Positions 18,527 through 27,750 of a stretch of 40,000 bases of DNA are shown one piece after another. A program made the translations under genes and the position numbers. Source of the DNA: an uncultured Rivularia sp. (lineage in GTDB: Bacteria; Cyanobacteriota; Cyanobacteriia; Cyanobacteriales; Nostocaceae). The stretch is taken from the NCBI GenBank assembly GCA_963665115.1, contig OY762007.1, forward strand, positions 7,180,679 through 7,220,678, read 5' to 3'. Each line of letters begins with the position of its first letter. The first letter of the stretch is position 1. The notes below the pieces were generated by a model that saw nothing but the letters and a program-made list of their open reading frames with translations, did not search any database and was not told the origin of the DNA.

Positions 18527-19858
18527 ATGGTGCGGAATGTGGGTTATAAATGTGGGGTTTTTACGGAGAATTTTATGGATGTGGGAGAATTTTTGAGAAG
18601 GTATGAAGATGGGGAAAGGGATTTTTCGGGTATTGAAATTAGGGATGCGGATTTAAGCGGTATTGATTTATATGACAAAGTAATTCTACGAAAAGCTAAA
18701 TTAATCAACATTAATTTAAGTAATTCAAATTTATCGAAAGCTGATTTATCTGAAGCTGATTTAACTGGTTCAAATTTAAATAATGCTTTTTTATGGAAAG
18801 CTAATCTTACAAATGCTAATTTAAGTAATACAAATTTATTTTATGCGAATTTAGAAGCAGCTAATTTAAGAAATGCAATTCTCACAAGTACAGATTTAAG
18901 CTGTACAGATTTAATTGGTGCTGATTTAACTGGTACAAATATAGAAGCAGCTTTAAATTTAGCAAGTCATTACATATTTTTGGTGGATGAATCAAAAAAT
19001 AAAAATACCGAACTACTTACAGAACTGAGAAACTTAACAAGAGGACTTAATTATAGGTATAACTCAGAAGGTTCTTATTATTATGAAATTTTTCTATGGG
19101 ATACTGCATCGAGAGGTGATTTTAGCTTAGAAAAGTTTTTAGAAGCAGCGGTTTTTCTGGTAGAAGTTGATTCAATCGATTTATTTGAAGGGAAATTTTA
19201 TATTGATGAATTTAACTTTATCCTTAAAGATATCAAACAATATATTAAAAATAGAGAATATTTTTATTTGAAGCTCGATATTGGTTTATTCGATAGTGAA
19301 CCTATTCCTGTCTTGATTGGAAATACACAAGCAGGAGATTGGATTGGTATATGTCCTCTTTTTGATATAAAACGAGGTGGTGAAGAAGAAATCGGTAGGA
19401 TACAAGATAACGCATCTCATAAAATCGAATACGAACCATTAATATCAGCTTTGAAAAACTTAGAGACTGTAAAAATTTTTAATTCGGCTTTGATAAATTC
19501 TGAGCCTCTAGGAATTTTTCATCAGGAACTTGATTGTACTGTAGAAGGTGTCGCTTGGGAGATTGCGGAAAATAGAAATAATTTACTCCATAATCTTTTA
19601 AAATATTCTAAAATGATGCATTTTTATGATGATGGTGATTTTGGAGGAGAAGGTTTCTTTGGGGAAAATGATGAAGATATAAAAAAAGACTATCCTGAAG
19701 AATATAAGAGAATTCAGAGATTATCCAATATAATTAAAACTCGTTTCAAAGATATAAAAATTTATTGGATTGGTGATGGTGAGATTGATGTGTATATAGT
19801 CGGTAAAATTGAAACCGGGGATTGGATTGGTATTCGTAGTAGGTTGTCGCATACGTGA
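18527..19858 (+). CDS. Pentapeptide-repeat protein fused to two NuiA-like (nuclease A inhibitor-like) domains
   Basis: N-terminal A(D/N)LxX repeats run over about aa 40-150. The C-terminus …YKRIQRLSNIIKTRFKDIKIYWIGDGEIDVYIVGKIETGDWIGIRSRLSHT aligns closely with my memory of the Anabaena NuiA C-terminus (…QVYRLGEVELDVYVIGETPAGNLAGISTKVVET). …GLNYRYNSEGSYYYEIFLWD resembles the NuiA N-terminus, and a second …IPVLIGNTQAGDWIGI strand lies mid-protein. An alternative start is at 18575. Confidence 0.6.
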   Translation: MVRNVGYKCGVFTENFMDVGEFLRRYEDGERDFSGIEIRDADLSGIDLYDKVILRKAKLININLSNSNLSKADLSEADLTGSNLNNAFLWKANLTNANLSNTNLFYANLEAANLRNAILTSTDLSCTDLIGADLTGTNIEAALNLASHYIFLVDESKNKNTELLTELRNLTRGLNYRYNSEGSYYYEIFLWDTASRGDFSLEKFLEAAVFLVEVDSIDLFEGKFYIDEFNFILKDIKQYIKNREYFYLKLDIGLFDSEPIPVLIGNTQAGDWIGICPLFDIKRGGEEEIGRIQDNASHKIEYEPLISALKNLETVKIFNSALINSEPLGIFHQELDCTVEGVAWEIAENRNNLLHNLLKYSKMMHFYDDGDFGGEGFFGENDEDIKKDYPEEYKRIQRLSNIIKTRFKDIKIYWIGDGEIDVYIVGKIETGDWIGIRSRLSHT

Positions 19859-19932
19859 TTAAATTTGGTAGCTCGGATATAAATTTACCTGGCGGTTGAA
19901 ACCGCCGGATATAATATTTCCAATGAAAAAAA

Positions 19933-20593
19933 TCAAACCGTATCTGGATCTATACCTAATTCTTCCAACTTCTTTCTCAACCTTTCGGCTTTTTCTTCAC
20001 TTTCCTTAAGTGCTTGTGCTAATTCGCTTGGTGCGAGTAATTTTTCCCCCGTATCTTCTCGATAAAAAGCAATTAATTCCGATTCAATTTCCAATCTAAG
20101 TTGCAAAGGTTCGCTTCTATTGTCAGTAATTTCTTCATAAACTTCTTTATCTAAGCGATAACCTTTTAATTTGTTTTCAATCCATTCCCCTTTAGGATCG
20201 AATAACCAATATTCTTTTACACCTAACTGTTCGTAAAGCGTTTTTTTGTAACCCGTATCTTTTTCCTTGGTTTCCTTCCGAGGTAATTTCAAATATCACC
20301 GCAGGTACTTGTTTCTCTTCCCAAATTTTATAATTATCCCTACCACCAGGAGCAACGTTAAAAATTACCATGACATCGGGTGCTACTCTGAGTCTGGGAA
20401 AACCTTGAGCGTAATATAAAAATTGGTCAGCTAAAACTGTCGCTTGCTGTCCCTGCAAATACTGTTTTAAAATTTCTAAGGTTACAAGGATTGCATATAA
20501 ATGAACGTAGGTTTCAGCCAAGGGTTCACCGTCTGAGCTAGGGTAGATGATTGCGATATCGGCTTGTTGGTTTGCTGATGCGAGAGATGTCAT
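19933..20593 (-). pseudogene. Uma2 family endonuclease-like protein, frame-disrupted as given
   Basis: ORFs 20192-20593 and 19933-20292 join if one g is removed at plus 20278-20279, giving …VIFEITS|KETKEKDTGYKKTLYEQLGVKEYWLFDP…. Confidence 0.75.
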
Positions 20594-20696
20594 GGTTTCA
20601 CCAGCGGATAGTAATTTAGTTTAATTTTAATATAGGAATTTAGTTCGATTTTTAATAATTGCTTTTCTACATCCTCTACCCCCCTCCCACTTATCG

Positions 20697-20874
20697 TTGG
20701 TGCGTGACGCTATCTTCGCATTAATAACCACGTTCAAATTTTTTCAAAGCGTCACTAGGCTGTTGACTTTGATGGTTTTTGGCGAATTTTCCAAAAATAT
20801 AGACACAGAATCTGCATGAAGTCTTGCGGGCTAAAGGGTACAGAGTCAACACCCTAGTCACACACCCTACAAGA
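20697..20874. repeat. MITE-like element (TGGTGCGTGACGC … AGTCACACACCCTACAAG)
   Basis: The termini match the elements at 4181-4360 and 33251-33321. Track ORF 20721-20990 lies inside it and is probably spurious. Confidence 0.5.
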
Positions 20875-20964
20875 ATAAAGGCTCTAATATTTGTAGCGCA
20901 AGCAAGAATACCCATTCTACAAAATTCTATTGATCGTTGATAATTGTTCATTGATAATTGATAA

Positions 20965-22260
20965 ATGTTTGATATCCTTATTCTTTCCAATGGCCCCGGT
21001 GAAATAACAACTTGGGTGCGTCCTGTTGTAAAATCGTTACGGGAAAAACTTGGTAATAACCGCGATAAAGTCAGAATTTCCGTTGTTTTATCTCCCTGTG
21101 CTAACGCTAGCGGTAAGGAAGCTGATATTGCTCTTTCTTATCCCGAAGTTGATAGAGTTCAATCTGCTCAAAATTTCTTTCCTTTTCTACTAACCGGGAA
21201 AACAGTTGATAATTGGGATTGGAGAAAAAAAGGTGTTGTATTATTCCTCGGTGGAGATCAATTTTTTCCCGTGGTAATTGGTAAAAGGTTGAATTACCGT
21301 ACTGTTATCTACGCTGAATGGGAAGCTAGATGGCATTCTTTAATTAATAGATTCGGTGTCATGAAGCCCGAAGTTGCTGCCAATGTTAAACCTAAATACG
21401 CTGATAAATTTACCGTTGTTGGAGATTTGATGGCGGAAGCTGGGGTGGAAGAGAGAGGGGGAGAGGGGGAAGAGGGGGTAGAGGGGGAAGCACCAATTAC
21501 CAATTACCAATTACCAATTACCCATTCCCATTTAATTGGAATTTTACCTGGTTCAAAAGCAGCTAAGTTAGCTCAGGGTGTCCCTTTGAGTTTGGCGATC
21601 GCTCAACATATCCACAACAAATTTCCTCAAACTAAGTTCTTCATCCCTGTAGCTCCAACTCTTGATTTACAAACTTTGGCTAGTTTCGCTGATGCACAAC
21701 AAAATCCGATGTCGCAATATTTTGAAAATACATCGGCAAAGTTAATAAATACAAATTCAGAAAAACCATATTTACAAACAGCAACAGGTTTAAAAGTCGA
21801 ATTATCTTTAGAACACCCGGCTTACGATCTATTATCTAAATGCAGTCTTTGTTTAACTACCGTTGGTGCAAACACTGCCGAATTAGGTTCTTTAGCCGTA
21901 CCAATGATTGTTTTACTCCCTACTCAACAATTGGATGCAATGCGCTCTTGGGATGGTATTCCTGGATTACTCGCTAATTTACCTTTAGTCGGCACTAGTT
22001 TCGCTAAGTTGATAAATTGGTATTTTATTAAACGTAAGGGTTTGTTAGCATGGCCGAATATATGGGCGCAGCAAGAAATTGTGCCGGAATTGGTAGGAAA
22101 ATTACAACCCTCTGAAGTTGCTGATATTGCCATAGATTATTTACAAAATCCTCAAAAATTAGCCGATATTCGTGGTAAGTTGAAAAGTGCTAGAGGTCAA
22201 GCTGGTGCTGCCGATAAACTGACTCAGTTGGTATGCGAAGAGTTAGAAAAACAAGTTTGA
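20965..22260 (+). CDS. Lipid-A-disaccharide synthase-related (LpxB-like) glycosyltransferase
   Basis: 431 aa: N-terminus ILILSNGPGEITTW…, then …LPGSKAAKL…. The overall organisation resembles the cyanobacterial LpxB-related family, assigned from memory. Confidence 0.6.
   Translation: MFDILILSNGPGEITTWVRPVVKSLREKLGNNRDKVRISVVLSPCANASGKEADIALSYPEVDRVQSAQNFFPFLLTGKTVDNWDWRKKGVVLFLGGDQFFPVVIGKRLNYRTVIYAEWEARWHSLINRFGVMKPEVAANVKPKYADKFTVVGDLMAEAGVEERGGEGEEGVEGEAPITNYQLPITHSHLIGILPGSKAAKLAQGVPLSLAIAQHIHNKFPQTKFFIPVAPTLDLQTLASFADAQQNPMSQYFENTSAKLINTNSEKPYLQTATGLKVELSLEHPAYDLLSKCSLCLTTVGANTAELGSLAVPMIVLLPTQQLDAMRSWDGIPGLLANLPLVGTSFAKLINWYFIKRKGLLAWPNIWAQQEIVPELVGKLQPSEVADIAIDYLQNPQKLADIRGKLKSARGQAGAADKLTQLVCEELEKQV
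21449..21530. repeat. STRR/heptamer repeat element inserted in-frame inside the LpxB-like CDS
   Basis: gagagggggagagggggaagagggggtagagggggaagcaccaattaccaattaccaattaccaattaccc encodes …EERGGEGEEGVEGEAPITNYQLPITHS…. The building blocks match the intergenic block at 8205-8395. Confidence 0.6.
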
Positions 22261-22407
22261 TTAATTCTAGATTTCTATTCTATTTACACAAACCTGCGAC
22301 AAAAAACTTGAAATTATAAATAATGCTAGACAAGATATATTTCGATATTACGGTAATACCAAAATATATCTTGTTTAACCCATTCTAGTTAGATTTATGG
22401 TTCATTC

Positions 22408-22650
22408 TTAATTTTCATCTTTCTCAACTAGAATTTGATCGAGTCTGTCATTAGCATCTTTAGCAAGCTTCTGGAATTCCACAGCAGAAACTAAACCAGT
22501 AGCAGTAAGTACAGTTCCTTGTGGAACCTTGTTTGATAAAAGCATTCCCGCACCTGCTAAACTAATAAGAAAAGATAGGCTCGTTGCAAAAAATGCCATG
22601 TTAAAGCTATAACGCGCTTGACGTAAACGTTCTTCGATAATGGGTGACAT
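22408..22650 (-). CDS. Small 2-TM protein resembling the cyanobacterial TRADD-N-associated membrane (TAM) domain
   Basis: 80 aa: …RLRQARYSFNMAFFATSLSFLISLAGAGMLLSNKVPQGTVLTATGLVSAVEFQKLAKDANDRLDQIL…. The pattern (QA..SF, 2 TM, LAKDAN.RLD) matches my recollection of that family. Not verified. Confidence 0.5.
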   Translation of the reverse strand: MSPIIEERLRQARYSFNMAFFATSLSFLISLAGAGMLLSNKVPQGTVLTATGLVSAVEFQKLAKDANDRLDQILVEKDEN

Positions 22651-22812
22651 ATTAAGTTGAAATACTTAACTACACTTCTAATATCACCTTCTGAAACTCC
22701 AATATTGACTACTCAATGATTGTGTTGTGAACAACTTGTGTTTCCTCTATGATTGTTTTATGACCAAGTTTTGATTGCGTAAGCGAAGCTGCTAAAACAC
22801 CCTAGCTCAAAC

Positions 22813-25401
22813 ATGACACAACATAAGCAAAGTGCTAGAAAAAAGAAAATTACTTATAAAGCCTCCTTGCAGGGTGTAGAGAGAGCACAAGCAGCTTTGA
22901 AACGGCATGGATTTGAGTCAAAAAGTAATTTCGCAAAGTCTCAGTTAATATCCCGCTCTACGGTTACAAAGTTTTTTCTGCGTCAACCAATTCAGCTTGA
23001 TTCTTTTAAAAGGATATGTGAAGGGTTGCAATTAAATTGGAAAGAAATTGCGGAGTTAGAAGATACTACGGAATTTCTAGAAGAAAAACAATTAGAACCG
23101 TTAAAAACAGTTGTTAAAAGTTCCTTAGCAATTAACCAAGAGGTTGAAGGAGAAATGACTCGCCGTCAAGTGACTGTGATAGATAAAGAAACGAAAACAG
23201 TTAAAGCAGTTATTACATTAGAAGGCGATATAAATTCAGTTATAAATTACAATATTCTCCAATCTATTTTACGAGGATATACGGGAAACACTATAAAAAT
23301 CAATGATAAACAACCAGGTAGTATTAAGTTAACTATAGAAGGTTCTCAAGAAGATATTGAAAAGCTTCGACAACTGATAGAATCTGAAGAATTAAATCAA
23401 TTAGATGGTTTTCCCGTTAAAAAGATTCAAATTTTGGGTGAAAGTTCAGATGAAAGTCAAAATAATCAAGCAATTGATAAATGGAGTTTGGCAAGTCAGA
23501 TAGTCTCCAAGCAAATTGAAAGCCTAGATTTGAGCGGCGTTGATTTGAGCGATACTTACTTAATTGGTGCTGACTTGAGTGGTTTGAACTTAAGTGGTGC
23601 TGATTTAAGTGGTGCTGACTTAAGCGATACAAATTTAATTAATTTAACTGAAGCTCTAGCTGCGGCTAGGGAGATTCAGAATGAGAGATTTCGCGCTAAT
23701 ATGCTAATTTCTTTAGCTGATAAACTGCCACCAGAATTATTAACTGAAGCTCTAGCTGCGGCTAAGAAGATTCAATATGAGGAATTTCGCGCTAAAGTGC
23801 TAATTTCTTTAGCTGATAAACTGCCGGAATTATTAACTCAAGCTCTGGCTGCGGCTAGGGGGATTCAAGATGAGTATAATCGCGCTAATGTGCTAATTTC
23901 TTTAGCTGATAAACTGCCACCAGGATTATTAATTCAAGCTCTGGCTGCGGCTAGGGAGATTCAAGATGAGTATAATCGCGCTAATGTGCTAATTTCTTTA
24001 GCTGATAAACTGCCACCAGGATTATTAACTCAAGCTCTGGCTGCGGCTAGGGAGATTCAAGATGAGTATAATCGCGCTAAAGTGCTAATTTCTTTAGCTG
24101 ATAAACTGCCGGAATTATTAACTCAAGCTCTGGCTGCGGCTAGGGAGATTCAAAATGAGAGATTTCGCGCTAAAGTGCTAATTTCTTTAGCTGATAAACT
24201 GCCGGAATTATTAACTCAAGCTCTGGCTGCGGCTATGGGGATTCAAGATGAGTATAATCGCGCTAATGTGCTAATTTCTTTAGCTGATAAACTGCCACCA
24301 GAATTATTAACTCAAGCTCTGGCTGCGGCTAGGGAGATTCAAGATGAGTATAATCGCGCTAAAGTGCTAATTTCTTTAGCTGATAAACTGCCACCAGGAT
24401 TATTAACTCAAGCTCTGGTTGCGGCTAGGGGGATTCAAGATGAGTATAATCGCGCTAAAGTGCTAATTTCTTTAGCTGATAAACTGCCACCAGAATTATT
24501 AACTCAAGCTCTGGCTGCGGCTAGGGGGATTCAATATGAGTATAATCGCGCTAAAGTGCTAATTTCTTTAGCTGATAAACTGCCACCAGAATTATTAACT
24601 CAAGCTCTGGCTGCGGCTAGGGAGATTCAAAATGAGCGCGCTAAAGTGCTAATTTCTTTAGCTGATAAACTGCCACCAGAATTATTAACTCAAACTCTGG
24701 CTGCGGCTAGGGAGATTCAAGATGAGTGTAATCGCGCTAAAGTGCTAATTTCTTTAGCTGATAAACTGCCGGAATTATTAACTGAAGCTCTGGCTGCGGC
24801 TAGGGAGATTCAAGATGAGTATAATCGCGTTAATGTGCTAATTTCTTTAGCTGATAAACTGCCGGAATTATTAACTGAAGCTCTGGCAGTGGCTAGGGAG
24901 ACTCAAGATGAGAACTATTACGCTAATGTGTTGCAAACCTTAGTAAAGAAATTACTATCGCATGATGGTAGCTTGAATAAAGTCAGTCAAAGTTTTGCCA
25001 ATTTAGAAGGTTCAACTTTGATTAATGCTGACTTGAGCAAAGTTGATTTAAGACGCGGTAATTTGAGAAAAGCCAATTTTAATAAAGCTAATCTAGAAGG
25101 TGCTTTTCTAAATGATGCCGATTTGAGTAAAGCAAAGCTGATTCAAACTAACCTGAGATACGCTTACTTAAGAGATGCCAAACTCGTTAGTGCTAAATTA
25201 ACAGATGCCAATTTAGCAGATGCTAACCTTGCAGGAGCCAACTTAATTGATGCTGACTTAAGTGGTGCTAATGTAAAAAATGCGAAATTTGGACACAATC
25301 AAGGAATTTCAGATGAATTGAAGCGCGATCTTCAGCGGCGAGGGGCTATATTTGTTGACGAGCCTCCTAGAGAAGATTCAAGGGTTTTAGTTCCTGTATA
25401 G
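22813..25401 (+). CDS. Multidomain repeat protein: N-terminal HTH-like domain, alpha/beta adaptor domain, pentapeptide repeats, 14 tandem 30-32-aa helical repeats, C-terminal pentapeptide repeats
   Basis: 862-aa ORF. The N-terminus …ASLQGVERAQAALKRHGFESKSNFAKSQLISRSTVTKFFLRQPIQLDSFKRICEGLQLNWKEIAEL is HTH-like. It is followed by …ITLEGD…IKLTIEGSQEDIEKLRQLIESEELNQLDGFPV…, then ADLSG repeats, then LTQALAAAREIQDEYNRAKVLISLADKLPPEL x14, then a long A(D/N)LxX region. Confidence 0.8.
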   Translation: MTQHKQSARKKKITYKASLQGVERAQAALKRHGFESKSNFAKSQLISRSTVTKFFLRQPIQLDSFKRICEGLQLNWKEIAELEDTTEFLEEKQLEPLKTVVKSSLAINQEVEGEMTRRQVTVIDKETKTVKAVITLEGDINSVINYNILQSILRGYTGNTIKINDKQPGSIKLTIEGSQEDIEKLRQLIESEELNQLDGFPVKKIQILGESSDESQNNQAIDKWSLASQIVSKQIESLDLSGVDLSDTYLIGADLSGLNLSGADLSGADLSDTNLINLTEALAAAREIQNERFRANMLISLADKLPPELLTEALAAAKKIQYEEFRAKVLISLADKLPELLTQALAAARGIQDEYNRANVLISLADKLPPGLLIQALAAAREIQDEYNRANVLISLADKLPPGLLTQALAAAREIQDEYNRAKVLISLADKLPELLTQALAAAREIQNERFRAKVLISLADKLPELLTQALAAAMGIQDEYNRANVLISLADKLPPELLTQALAAAREIQDEYNRAKVLISLADKLPPGLLTQALVAARGIQDEYNRAKVLISLADKLPPELLTQALAAARGIQYEYNRAKVLISLADKLPPELLTQALAAAREIQNERAKVLISLADKLPPELLTQTLAAAREIQDECNRAKVLISLADKLPELLTEALAAAREIQDEYNRVNVLISLADKLPELLTEALAVARETQDENYYANVLQTLVKKLLSHDGSLNKVSQSFANLEGSTLINADLSKVDLRRGNLRKANFNKANLEGAFLNDADLSKAKLIQTNLRYAYLRDAKLVSAKLTDANLADANLAGANLIDADLSGANVKNAKFGHNQGISDELKRDLQRRGAIFVDEPPREDSRVLVPV
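23644..24957 (+). repeat. 14 in-frame tandem repeats of 90/93/96 bp within the CDS
   Basis: A 29-nt core gtgctaatttctttagctgataaactgcc recurs 12 times exactly (13 counting the first unit, which reads atgcta instead of gtgcta). The units differ at only a few codons. Confidence 0.9.
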
Positions 25402-25507
25402 TAAAAGAAATCAAGTTCGCTCAATTACTTATAAATACAAAGTATATTTGTAAGTAAGTTTGCAGAAATAAAACCAACTATGTAACGAAAAGTAATTTGC
25501 TCGAAAC

Positions 25508-25596
25508 GGCTGGGATTGCTATCTCCCTCCGGGAGACGCTGCGCTAACGTCGTTCCTCCATTCCCTCAAAGGGAACACTCCGTGAACGCAATGACA
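25508..25596. repeat. Dispersed repeat (…gacgctgcgctaacg…cgcaatgacaaa family)
   Basis: Shares …gct(g/c)cgctaacg… and …cgcaatgacaaa… with the element at 32754-32907. Confidence 0.4.
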
Positions 25597-25713
25597 AAGA
25601 ACAGTTATGTTTAATTACGCTCACTTACTTAGTTAGGCTTTAGTAATAAACACAAAAATTGATAAAAAGTATTTTGATATTTCCGTAAAATAGTAAAAAA
25701 ATATTATTACCTA

Positions 25714-26583
25714 TTACCCATTACCTAAATCATTCCGAATAGCTTTGAGTAAATCTTGATGAACTGATTCGGAAGTTGCGATAATTAATCCTGGTAATTT
25801 ATAATCCTCGCAAGTATTTAGTGCAGGTAAAGCAGAACCTTCCAAATTTGTCACCTTGCAACCTGCTTCTCTAGCAAGAAAAGCTAAAGCTGCACCATCA
25901 ATAAACTGACCAAACCTTTTCACAGCACCGCTTATATCGCCAGTTAAAATGCCGTTAAGATTGGGCATTTGAACTGAGCTAGAATAATCTTCGACTGCAT
26001 TAATGATTTTGTATTTATCTTTTAATGAAGTTGTTAGCGAACTCATCGCCGTACCTAATAATATAGTAGGTTTATCTGTGGAATCTACTTTTAATAGAGT
26101 GCATTCGTCCAAATTCATTTCTAAAGTACCTTTAAAAGCACCTTTACCTCTCAAAGCGTAATAATACACATTTTCGCTGGGAGATATAGCAATTACGGCT
26201 TCATAATCATCTGTATTTAGAATACTGAGAATAATTTGATAATTAGAATGTCCATCTATATAGAACTTTGTACCGTCGATTGGGTCAAGAGTGACTAAAT
26301 AATCATCTTTTTCGCCAAAATCAACAGCACGAAAATATTTTGTATTGGGAGAGCTTTTATATTCTTCCCCATAAAAACGGATGTTTGGGAAATTACCTAA
26401 TAAAGCAACTTCTACAAAATTTTGAATAGCTAAATCCGCTTCAGTTAAAGCCGCAGAAAAAAAGCTTTCTCCACCATCTTTGTCAGGAAGAGCAGCAATT
26501 TTCGGTTGTAGGAAACGAGCATAACCTGCTGCTGCTTTTAAATGTGGAAGTAAAGTTTCTAAAATAATCCGAGGTGAGGGCAT
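25714..26583 (-). CDS. Inositol monophosphatase / FBPase superfamily protein
   Basis: 289 aa with the metal-binding motif …VTLDPIDGTKFY… and upstream …EADLAIQNF…. Confidence 0.7.
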   Translation of the reverse strand: MPSPRIILETLLPHLKAAAGYARFLQPKIAALPDKDGGESFFSAALTEADLAIQNFVEVALLGNFPNIRFYGEEYKSSPNTKYFRAVDFGEKDDYLVTLDPIDGTKFYIDGHSNYQIILSILNTDDYEAVIAISPSENVYYYALRGKGAFKGTLEMNLDECTLLKVDSTDKPTILLGTAMSSLTTSLKDKYKIINAVEDYSSSVQMPNLNGILTGDISGAVKRFGQFIDGAALAFLAREAGCKVTNLEGSALPALNTCEDYKLPGLIIATSESVHQDLLKAIRNDLGNG

Positions 26584-26641
26584 AAAAGGTAATAGGTTAA
26601 AGGTTAAAGGTCAAAGGTAAGAGATAAAAACTGATAACTGA

Positions 26642-27031
26642 TTACTGTTCGCTGTTTTCCCCATCTCGTCTTCCTAATTCATAAACTCCGCAACTCATAC
26701 AGGCGAGAATTCCGGTACTGATACCCCAACTTCCCCCCAAACTGATTTCTATAATCCAATTGGACAAAGCACCAAATATTAAAAAAGGTATGATGCTGAA
26801 AACCGATGCATAGAAAGCGTTTTGCGATTCTCTTGCTTTGCGAGTTTTTTCAAATTCAGTCTGACTGGTATACATAAATCGCTCGGCAAAATTGAACCAG
26901 CGATTCAGCTGTTTTGTTACCCATTCACTAAGCGGGGAAAAACCTAGATACAGTGCCAAAGACCATAAAGTCGCTCCAGCAATGGCTAATGTGTCTATAT
27001 CGAACCTGAAAGGAAATATATCAGTTAACAT
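26642..27031 (-). CDS. Hypothetical membrane protein
   Basis: 129-aa ORF with about 3 hydrophobic helices. No family recognised. Confidence 0.45.
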   Translation of the reverse strand: MLTDIFPFRFDIDTLAIAGATLWSLALYLGFSPLSEWVTKQLNRWFNFAERFMYTSQTEFEKTRKARESQNAFYASVFSIIPFLIFGALSNWIIEISLGGSWGISTGILACMSCGVYELGRRDGENSEQ

Positions 27032-27750
27032 AGTTTGCGAAGATACGAGAAATTCTTAAATTCACTTGCAAGCTTTATATTATCGCTAACAATAATTCTT
27101 TTTAATGTTAGATTTTACAGCATTTGCGGCGATTGGTAAAACTTCTCTTCAAGGCTTGCAGTAATTATTGCAGTATTTTAGCTAATTCTCGATCCAAATT
27201 ATGCGGATGGGAAGATATTGTTTTGATTATCCGTCTGTTGACTATTCATATTTATAGAAAACTTGATTGCGGGGGAACTTTATTACTGGCAATTGATACT
27301 TATTTATAGGTCAGTTTGGATCGAGATTGTAGATGTTCGGCGATCGATCGTTTGACATAGGCAAAGATACATAAATCCTATTCATATCGTAACAAGGAAC
27401 CAGAAAATATTTAAAGAGGTATATTCTCGTCAATAAAAGTATAAGCAATACCAGTAATAATCTAATTGTTTTTTTCGTCAATTTTTATTTTTTAAGTATT
27501 ATCCCATATTATTTTTGTTTTTCTCAATGCTTTTTGATTAAGTTTTGAGCATTTTTACTGAAGCCAAATATATCTAAAAAGCTTTCAATAAAACATAAAA
27601 TTACTTACTTGACATTACTATATCTTCAAGTAGGATAATGCAAATAAAGGGATGCATATACAGAAAAGACAGATTAAAGCTAAATTTATCGTAGTTTTTA
27701 ATTTGACCGTAATATAACTATTAACTAAGTAAAATTTTCAGGATAAAAAT

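Noticed and set aside
20721-22133. Track ORFs 20721-20990 (-), 21309-21503 (-) and 21924-22133 (-)
   Set aside because: The first lies in a MITE-like element. The other two are antisense to the LpxB-like gene, and one simply reads the repeat insertion backwards.
23417-23632. Track ORF, 71 aa, minus strand
   Set aside because: It lies antisense to the pentapeptide-repeat coding segment, and its repetitive translation is a mirror artefact.
23644-24957. Regular about 93-96-bp periodic repeats that could superficially suggest a CRISPR array
   Set aside because: There is no repeat/spacer alternation. The whole region is one open reading frame encoding 30-32-aa protein repeats, and no cas genes are present.
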